Positions 1-5,453 of a stretch of 5,453 bases of DNA are shown piece by piece. The notes beneath the pieces were generated by a model that ran no database searches, had not been told where the DNA came from, and saw only the letters and a list, made by a program, of their open reading frames with translations. The DNA is from Fidelibacterota bacterium (GTDB lineage Bacteria; Fidelibacterota; Marinisomatia; Marinisomatales; UBA2128). The translations under genes and the position numbers were made by a program. Position 1 is the first letter of the stretch; each line of letters opens with the position of its first letter. Where the stretch lies: positions 1 to 5,453 of the forward strand of contig JBHHUM010000116.1 of assembly GCA_046861645.1 (NCBI GenBank), read 5' to 3'.

Positions 1-24
1 AACTCCTAAAAGTACCTTTTTCAT
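1..24 (-). CDS. 5' end of a probable exported protein (MKKVLLGV...), truncated by the window edge
   Basis: The minus strand reads ATG AAA AAG GTA CTT TTA GGA GTT from 24 to 1, a typical MKK + hydrophobic signal-peptide start, preceded by purine-rich GGGAAAAAAG. Only 8 codons are visible. Confidence 0.55.
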
Positions 25-125
25 AACTTTTTCCCACCAATCATCTAAGATAACCTACGGAAAATTTAGGATTTTTCCAGCTCTTTTTGCTATCAATCTT
101 TCTTAAGAAGTGTGCTTCAAAAGCT

Positions 126-953
126 TCATTTTAATAATATAACTTTTTCTGTTTGTCTCTGTGATGGAGATTCCAAAACAACAAAATAGATGCCTGAAGA
201 TAGCCCTTCAGCATTCCAAATTAACTGATGATATCCAGCAGGAACTTTTTCTCGCTTTCTAAGAATAGTTAATTGAGCACCCAATAAGTCAAAAATTGAC
301 AATTCAACCACCGCGTTTATGGGAAGATAAAAAGATATCCTGGTTTGGTGGTTGAATGGATTAGGATAAGGTGAATTTAGTATTATTCTTTCAGGAACAA
401 TTGACTGCTTCTCTTCAAAGTTGACTCCAACTTCTGGTATTTCTCCCATTAATTCTTCAATTATGGCTATCATCTCATTCTCATTGAATCCGTAAGCTGA
501 ATGTCTTACAGTCATATTATGATCTAAAATAATATTGTGAGGCACATACGGTACTCCAAATAAATCCACAAGTGAGTAATCAGTATCATCTAACAGTGGA
601 TACGAGGGTCCAAAAGTTTCTGCCCAGTCACTGCAGTAATAGGGATAACCCCAATCAAATCCAATGCCAATAATTTGCAGTCCTTGGTCTTTAAATGATT
701 GAAAAATGGTTTCCGTAAACGGAGCCTCCGCCTGGCAATTAGTTCACCAGGAAGCAAAGAAAGTCAACCAGACTACATGGTAATTCCCTCCATTGAAATC
801 CCCAAAATAATCATACAAACTTATATCACCTTCGCCATTAGCACATATTGGAGCTACAAAATCCTCAACAATTTCCCCCACTCCGTAAGGTTGGGCCTTG
901 AGGGAAATAAGAGAAGCTATCATAATACTCAGGGAGAATACTCTTTTCAGCAT
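126..953 (-). CDS. Putative selenoprotein: signal peptide + thioredoxin-fold redoxin (AhpC/TSA/TlpA-like, UxxC) + C-terminal T9SS type A sorting domain; ~275 aa, Sec at codon 70 (TGA 744-746)
   Basis: ORFs 744..977 and 126..569 are in the same frame (746-569=177 nt). Reading through TGA 744-746 gives ...VVWLTFFASW-U-TNCQAEAPFTETIFQSFKDQGLQIIGIGFDWGYPYYCSDWAETFGPSYPLLDDTDYSLVDLFGVPYVPHNIILDHNMTVRHSAYGFNENEMIAIIEELM..., an uninterrupted redoxin fold (FxAxW-x-xx-C, GxxIIGI strand, YPLLxD, cis-Pro-like VP). The signal peptide MLKRVFSLSIMIASLISLKA|Q starts at ATG 953 (alternative TTG at 977). The C-terminal PYPNPFN...IFDLLG...WNAEGLSSGIYFVVL...KVILLK matches the T9SS CTD pattern. Confidence 0.88.
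717..733 (-). promoter_or_regulatory. Candidate bacterial SECIS element
   Basis: The mRNA after UGA reads ACUAAUUGCC-AGGCGGA-GGC-UCCGUUU. AGGCGGA pairs with UCCGUUU (7 bp including two G-U pairs) around a GGC loop that begins with G, with 17 nt between the UGA and the loop. This fits the bacterial SECIS model (hairpin just 3' of UGA, G at the start of the apical loop). Folded by eye only. Confidence 0.6.
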
Positions 954-1007
954 ATCGAAGTCTTTATTCGATTTCAAAGTCTTACTTGGGACAATTTAGA
1001 TCCATTT

Positions 1008-1037
1008 AATGTAAATAGTTTGTCGCCCTGCTGACAA
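1008..1037 (-). promoter_or_regulatory. Possible sigma70-like promoter for the selenoprotein gene, overlapping an inverted repeat
   Basis: Minus strand: TTGTCA (1037-1032), 18-nt spacer, TACATT (1013-1008). The inverted repeat TTTGTC/GACAAA (1019-1024/1033-1038) overlaps the -35 box. These are weak matches in AT-rich DNA. Confidence 0.25.
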
Positions 1038-1061
1038 AAGGAGATATAGCTAATACTCATT

Positions 1062-2975
1062 TCAGAAACTACTGGTAAGAGTAATCGTCAGAGCATCTTC
1101 AATACCGGGTACGTAAACACAAACTCCACTATCACATTTAAGTCCACCCTGGAGAGATCCATAAAAAACACTAAAAATAGTTGCTGGTGTCAGATATATA
1201 GAACCTTGAATACCAAACCACTTATTGGTCATGTTTACACCTGAATTTCTCAGAATTTTCTCCAACCAACTGTCATTGTCGGGATTGGTATTTTGTGGAG
1301 TTCCTGCTTTAACAGCTGAAGCATAATCATAAACAAATCCAGCAGTATATTTTGAGGGTTTGCTAAAAGTTAAAGCCATATAACGATAATAATAAGGAAC
1401 AGATAAAGTTTCATCAGTAGTAATACTGTCAATTTCTCCGGAAGATAAATTTCTATATACCAGATAATTTCTATCCTGATAATCTTCCCACTGATGTTCC
1501 CAGTATAGTGTCATACCCCATCCGGAAGGGAGGTTAAAAGAAAGTTGAGTAGGTAGTGTAAATAATTTTCTTTTTTTCCAATCCAATTGTTCCAGAGTAT
1601 GATCTTCCCAATAGGATAGTTCACGTATACTTTCTTCGTACTTCTCTACCATATCACTGGAGTTAGCAAGCATGACTCTAAGGTCAAGGTTAAGTGGTGA
1701 GTAGTGGTAATTTATTTCACCATATAATTCCATGAATGGGTAGAAACCTTCATCATCAGAAAACCAAAATAACGACTTGGTTTCGATTTTATCCCACCCG
1801 TCAAAACCGTCGATATAACGGATATCCCGAAAACCGGTATGCCGACTGCTTTGAGCGTAGTTGAATGTTAGAAAAAGATTTTCAGACACGTTCAGATTAA
1901 ATTCAACCTGAATACCTACTTCATCTCCGAAATCCATAACGTGTGGAGTTCTACCCAAAAGTGTTGAGCTATGTTCTTTGAATGCAGTTGGACCATTCAT
2001 GGTGGGAGTTAACCGCCCTAATCGATAAGGTAAATGTGAACGGATATCAGGTTGGCTAATGTCAAAGTAGTAATTTTTATAGTCTAATGTTAATCCCCAA
2101 TTCCCTGAATAATATGATAAACTGGCATACCCTCCCCATCCTGAACTTTTACGATCATAGTAAAGCCACTCGAAAAGTGGAGTGGAATAAAGACTGTCAG
2201 CATCATCAATTTCCAGAGACCTTTTTAATACTTCGATATAGAAATCAACATCTGCTCCAAAGTATTCGATAAACAAGCCGGGTGAAAACGTACGAGTATG
2301 TATTGACATAGAATCAATCGTTGTAACAGTACCGTCCAAACTTTGCATCTTCCCAAACCAGGGATTAGTCGCATCGATATCTACACCATAAAAACCTGCT
2401 GAAAGACTGGGTAAGATATCATTAACCGTTAACAAAAGGACATTTACCATAGAATTTTCAGAAAAATCTCTAATTCTGGGATCCACACCTGGTCCTTGAG
2501 GAAGATGTCTCCCTCCAGTCGTTTTTCCACTAATGATATCAAAAGTCAGTTTATTCTTAGGTTGAGCCGTGAGCCAAATACCTCGTAAAGTTGAATCCCA
2601 GTCTATACCTTGATTCTCCCACATGTTTAAAGCCAGCCCCCGGCCAATCAGTCCGTAGAGATCACCAGCATTTACTGACAAATAATCACTCTCCCAAGTT
2701 AACCGCAACTTGCGGAGACCCAGATGATCCGGTCCGATCTGAGGCGGAGAGCTGAACTCAAAGTTCGACCAAAGCGTGAAGTTACTGTACCCAGCTGTTA
2801 CATCGAGCAAATGCTCACGATAGACGTATGACCCCCGGATCGTGTCACCTATTTCAATTGGCGGCTGAAGCCCACTGCCGTATTGAGCGGTTAGTCCGGC
2901 TGAGAAGTAAGCTCCCTGTCCATAGATCAAAGAAATAAAAATAAGAATTGGGGTAAGTCGTTTTATGGGAAGCAC
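1062..2975 (-). CDS. DUF6029-like outer-membrane beta-barrel protein with C-terminal CxxGxC motif
   Basis: 637-aa ORF with GTG start and signal peptide (MLPIKRLTPILIFISLIYG|Q). It has many amphipathic aromatic-rich beta-strands, the motifs AGDLYGLIGRGLAL...DSTLRG, LDYKNY and DEVGIQVE, and the C-terminus FYGSLQGGLKCDSGVCVYVPG...LTLTSSF-type ending in Phe (BAM signal). These resemble DUF6029 as I recall it; the family was assigned from memory, not by a search. Confidence 0.75.
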   Translation of the reverse strand: MLPIKRLTPILIFISLIYGQGAYFSAGLTAQYGSGLQPPIEIGDTIRGSYVYREHLLDVTAGYSNFTLWSNFEFSSPPQIGPDHLGLRKLRLTWESDYLSVNAGDLYGLIGRGLALNMWENQGIDWDSTLRGIWLTAQPKNKLTFDIISGKTTGGRHLPQGPGVDPRIRDFSENSMVNVLLLTVNDILPSLSAGFYGVDIDATNPWFGKMQSLDGTVTTIDSMSIHTRTFSPGLFIEYFGADVDFYIEVLKRSLEIDDADSLYSTPLFEWLYYDRKSSGWGGYASLSYYSGNWGLTLDYKNYYFDISQPDIRSHLPYRLGRLTPTMNGPTAFKEHSSTLLGRTPHVMDFGDEVGIQVEFNLNVSENLFLTFNYAQSSRHTGFRDIRYIDGFDGWDKIETKSLFWFSDDEGFYPFMELYGEINYHYSPLNLDLRVMLANSSDMVEKYEESIRELSYWEDHTLEQLDWKKRKLFTLPTQLSFNLPSGWGMTLYWEHQWEDYQDRNYLVYRNLSSGEIDSITTDETLSVPYYYRYMALTFSKPSKYTAGFVYDYASAVKAGTPQNTNPDNDSWLEKILRNSGVNMTNKWFGIQGSIYLTPATIFSVFYGSLQGGLKCDSGVCVYVPGIEDALTITLTSSF

Positions 2976-2990
2976 AATTAGGTTGAATAT

Positions 2991-3488
2991 TTACTGCGAT
3001 CCCTCTTGGGGAGACAGGATTGACAGTATCTCAGTTTCGAGGATTTTCTCATCTCCCGGCACATATCCTGAATGGCGATAGACAATATTTCCAGCGCCAT
3101 CTACCAGCAACGTGAAAGGCATCGTTGCACCGTTAAGCCGGCGATAGCTTTCCTGACTTGGATCGAGAGCCACTGTAAATCCATATCCTTTGGATCGAAT
3201 GTAGCTTCGGACTTTGGATCGACTGCGTTCAGTGTCAAGATTAATACCCAAAACTGTGAATCCCTGATCGCTGTATTTTTTCTGAAGGTCGTCAAGGTGC
3301 CTCATGGCTTTAATACACGGTGCACACCAGAGTGCCCAGAAATCAATCAATACTGGCCCAGACTTAATTATTTCCTGAACTGTGGTTTCAGTACCGTCAG
3401 TCAGTTTTAGATTTATTGCAGGAATCTGATCCGTTTGTGCTATCAGAAAATTTGATATCAGGCTGGCAAGTACAATCAGTCTAATCAA
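2991..3488 (-). CDS. TlpA-family thiol-disulfide oxidoreductase (exported, CxxC)
   Basis: 165 aa with signal peptide MIRLIVLASLISNFLIA|Q. It contains GPVLIDFWALWCAPC (W-C-A-P-C at 3315-3329), GFTVLGINLD, VALDP and MPFTLLVDGAGNIVYRHSGY, the hallmarks of TlpA/ResA/AhpC-TSA proteins. The TTG start overlaps the upstream TGA stop (TTGA, 3485-3488). Confidence 0.9.
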   Translation of the reverse strand: MIRLIVLASLISNFLIAQTDQIPAINLKLTDGTETTVQEIIKSGPVLIDFWALWCAPCIKAMRHLDDLQKKYSDQGFTVLGINLDTERSRSKVRSYIRSKGYGFTVALDPSQESYRRLNGATMPFTLLVDGAGNIVYRHSGYVPGDEKILETEILSILSPQEGSQ

Positions 3489-4810
3489 AGTAATTTCCCT
3501 AAGAAGCTCTCCAATTCAGATTCCGGAATAAATTCTATTAACACTTTTGTATAGTCAACTGCCTCATGTCTGGAGAGTGAGATCATGTATTCTGCATTGA
3601 TTTCTACGGTTTCCATTGTCACCTGAAGAGAGTTTCCACTGGCAGTGAAAGCTATTAGCGGAGAGAATTGATGTTCTGTCAGGAAGCGGACATTTGAGGA
3701 GGTTCTTCGATACCACGACGGTTCTGAAGTCTCCAGAATAATTGTCCGCGCACGACCCTCCTTATCCATCAACTGAATAACCGGAACAATCCGGAAATCT
3801 CCCCGGCTGATACGCTCGATCAAGGCGTGAGGTATACGCATCTCCCTCCGGGAAAATTGAAGCGAAATGAGAGACCCATCCTGGCGCATTGCCGAATACG
3901 GAAGGGATGACAGCATATCCTTGATGACGTTTTCACGAAGTGAATATTTCACGGACAAAGCAAACAGTACGGTCCCATCGTTTTCGCTGGGAACATGTAG
4001 AGACGGCCGGCTAATATCTACAATATAAGGATTGCTGGAGACGGTATTGATAATTTCTTCCAGCATAACAGCGTCTTTTGTAGGAACATCTTCGACTATT
4101 CCACCCGGTGAGAAGGAAAACTCCCTGCTGAAGGTACTCCCTTCAGAAACGGTCGGATCTAACTCATCCCTGCTGCCGATATAGAGGTCCATCACCTTCT
4201 CCAAATCTTCCACTGCTGTCTCAAGAGAGAAATTTAATTCCTTGGCTTGCTGACGATATTCAGGAATGGGAGCTTTGGCATCAGGCGACTTGAGAATACC
4301 CCGGGCATCCGGTTGAGGTATTTCACCCTCGAGAGCTATTTTCATTCGGAGGACGAGATCTTCGCCCAGTTTAGAGACCTGGTTCAGACTTCCTCTGGTC
4401 ACAAAACTTCCCAGCTCCACCCAGTTAGCGATATTAATTAATTGAATATTTACTGTCAGTTGATCCAATTCCCGAGTGAAGCTGCCCATGACAAGAATAC
4501 TCCGGGTACCCGACGGCTGACTCAGCAGCAACGAGCGATCCTGAAGTATCCGCTCCAGAGCTACCCGGTCATGCACACGAACGCCATCCACATCCTGAAA
4601 TCCGGTTGAAACCATATCCACCAGTCCTCTGCTCAGCCACGATACAGTTTCATCATTTCTAATGTTATCGAAATCCAGGAGATAGAGTTTCAGCCGCTTG
4701 GCGCCGTACAGGTCTGCAGCTCCAACAGTTGCAATGAGGGCTATCAGGAGATAAATACGCACTGTTTGTGGAATTCGCATGAAGCAGAATGTATCAGTGC
4801 GACGGCTCAT
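3485..4810 (-). CDS. Exported hypothetical protein with N-terminal TolB-N/CsgG/FlgO-like domain and unrecognised C-terminal region
   Basis: 441-aa ORF (alternative ATG at 4780, MRIPQ...) with a hydrophobic signal segment IYLLIALIATVGAA. The segment LLDFDNIRNDETVSWLSRGLVDMVSTGF...VRVHDRVALERILQ...ILVMGSFTRELDQLTVNIQLINIAN matches the TolB-N/CsgG-like alpha/beta pattern. Confidence 0.7.
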   Translation of the reverse strand: MSRRTDTFCFMRIPQTVRIYLLIALIATVGAADLYGAKRLKLYLLDFDNIRNDETVSWLSRGLVDMVSTGFQDVDGVRVHDRVALERILQDRSLLLSQPSGTRSILVMGSFTRELDQLTVNIQLINIANWVELGSFVTRGSLNQVSKLGEDLVLRMKIALEGEIPQPDARGILKSPDAKAPIPEYRQQAKELNFSLETAVEDLEKVMDLYIGSRDELDPTVSEGSTFSREFSFSPGGIVEDVPTKDAVMLEEIINTVSSNPYIVDISRPSLHVPSENDGTVLFALSVKYSLRENVIKDMLSSLPYSAMRQDGSLISLQFSRREMRIPHALIERISRGDFRIVPVIQLMDKEGRARTIILETSEPSWYRRTSSNVRFLTEHQFSPLIAFTASGNSLQVTMETVEINAEYMISLSRHEAVDYTKVLIEFIPESELESFLGKLL

Positions 4811-4856
4811 TTACAATCGCATTTTTTAACCGGAGAACGTTTAGGATATCTCTTTA

Positions 4857-5453
4857 TTAGCCGGATTTTTCAATCTTCGCCCACGTATCCCGGAGAGTAA
4901 CCGTCCGATTGAAAACAGGGTTCCCTTCCCTGGAATCCACTGGATCCACATAGAAGTAACCAACACGTTCAAATTGATAATGTTCACCCGGCTTGGCATC
5001 ACTGAGACTCGGCTCAAGTTTGGAGTCCTTTAAGATTTCGAGGGAATCAGGATTGATATCAGCTTTGAAGTCATCGCCTCCGCTTCCTGGTTTTGGGGAA
5101 CGAAACAGACGATCGTAAAGTCGAATTTCCTGACTGACTGCATGCTGAGCAGAAACCCAATGGATGGTACCCCGTACCTTCCGTCCATCAGGAGCAGAAC
5201 CTCCCTTTGTTTTTGGATCGTAAGTGCAGCGAAGTTCTATTATCTCTCCGGAAGAGTCCTTTACAACTTCATCACATTTCAGGAAATAAGCATAGCGCAA
5301 ACGAACCTCTCGACCTGGAGTCAATCGAAAGAATTTCTTTGGTGGATCCTCTCGAAAATCATTTCTCTCAATGAATAATTCCCGGCTGAAGGGAACCTTT
5401 CGCTTTCCTGCTGATTCATCTTCGGGATTGTTAATGGCATCCAATTCCTCACC
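4857..5453 (-). CDS. glnS: Glutaminyl-tRNA synthetase, C-terminal anticodon-binding domain (5' truncated by the window)
   Basis: The frame stays open to the window edge ([12 protein letters not shown]...). GlnRS motifs are present: [80 protein letters not shown]. It ends with tandem TAA TAA and has no appended YqeY domain. Confidence 0.97.
   Translation of the reverse strand, partial: GEELDAINNPEDESAGKRKVPFSRELFIERNDFREDPPKKFFRLTPGREVRLRYAYFLKCDEVVKDSSGEIIELRCTYDPKTKGGSAPDGRKVRGTIHWVSAQHAVSQEIRLYDRLFRSPKPGSGGDDFKADINPDSLEILKDSKLEPSLSDAKPGEHYQFERVGYFYVDPVDSREGNPVFNRTVTLRDTWAKIEKSG

Noticed and set aside
59..109. Inverted repeat GGAAAA-N8-TTTTCC (59-78) and palindrome TTCTTAAGAA (100-109) as a terminator or operator
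   Set aside because: AT-rich and weak, with no U-tract on the minus strand; compatible with chance in AT-rich intergenic DNA.
126..569. 147-aa ORF as a standalone T9SS-domain protein with GTG start
   Set aside because: It has no signal peptide, it starts mid-fold, and the frame is open upstream to the TGA at 744-746.
744..746. Alternative genetic code (UGA=Trp or Gly) or simple nonsense pseudogene
   Set aside because: TGA acts as a true stop at 126-128, 1062-1064 and 3485-3487, the Trp codons I checked are TGG, and no other long gene has an internal TGA. A nonsense mutation cannot be excluded, but the exact CxxC position, the downstream hairpin and the otherwise intact gene make it less likely.
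744..977. 77-aa ORF as a standalone small protein
   Set aside because: It ends exactly at the catalytic position of a thioredoxin motif and the same frame continues with the rest of the fold, so it is the N-terminal part of the selenoprotein.
699..1034. 111-aa plus-strand ORF
   Set aside because: Antisense to the selenoprotein 5' half, with no recognisable motifs; a shadow ORF.
2087..2272. 61-aa plus-strand ORF
   Set aside because: Short, antisense inside the barrel gene, with no recognisable features.
3072..3410. 112-aa plus-strand ORF and 64-aa alternative-frame minus ORF (3101..3295)
   Set aside because: Both lie within the well-supported TlpA gene and have no recognisable motifs.
4247..4441. 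64-aa plus-strand ORF
   Set aside because: Antisense shadow within the 441-aa gene.
5142..5378. 78-aa plus-strand ORF
   Set aside because: Antisense shadow within glnS.
1..5453. CRISPR arrays, tRNA (including tRNA-Sec), rRNA, IS elements
   Set aside because: Intergenic gaps are at most ~110 nt and show no repeat-spacer pattern, cloverleaf, terminal inverted repeats or transposase.

Overview
Five minus-strand genes plus the first 8 codons of a probable sixth, likely from an FCB-group bacterium (inferred from a T9SS-type C-terminal domain and a DUF6029-like gene; Marinimicrobia/Ignavibacteria/Calditrichota-like). In transcription order they are: the 3' end of glnS, an exported protein with a TolB-N/CsgG/FlgO-like N-terminal domain, a TlpA-family thiol-disulfide oxidoreductase (WCAPC), a DUF6029-like outer-membrane beta-barrel whose only cysteines form a C-terminal CDSGVC motif, and a gene that the ORF track splits in two (744..977 and 126..569). 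These two ORFs are in the same frame, separated only by one TGA at 744-746. That TGA sits exactly at the first Cys of a thioredoxin-fold motif (FFASW-U-TN-C) and is followed by a SECIS-like hairpin. The gene is therefore most likely a ~275-aa selenoprotein: signal peptide + UxxC redoxin domain + T9SS sorting domain, i.e. a probable surface/secreted selenoprotein. With the TlpA and the Cys-loop barrel it suggests a redox relay across the outer membrane (hypothesis). GC content drops inside the barrel gene near ~2600, hinting at a mosaic origin.
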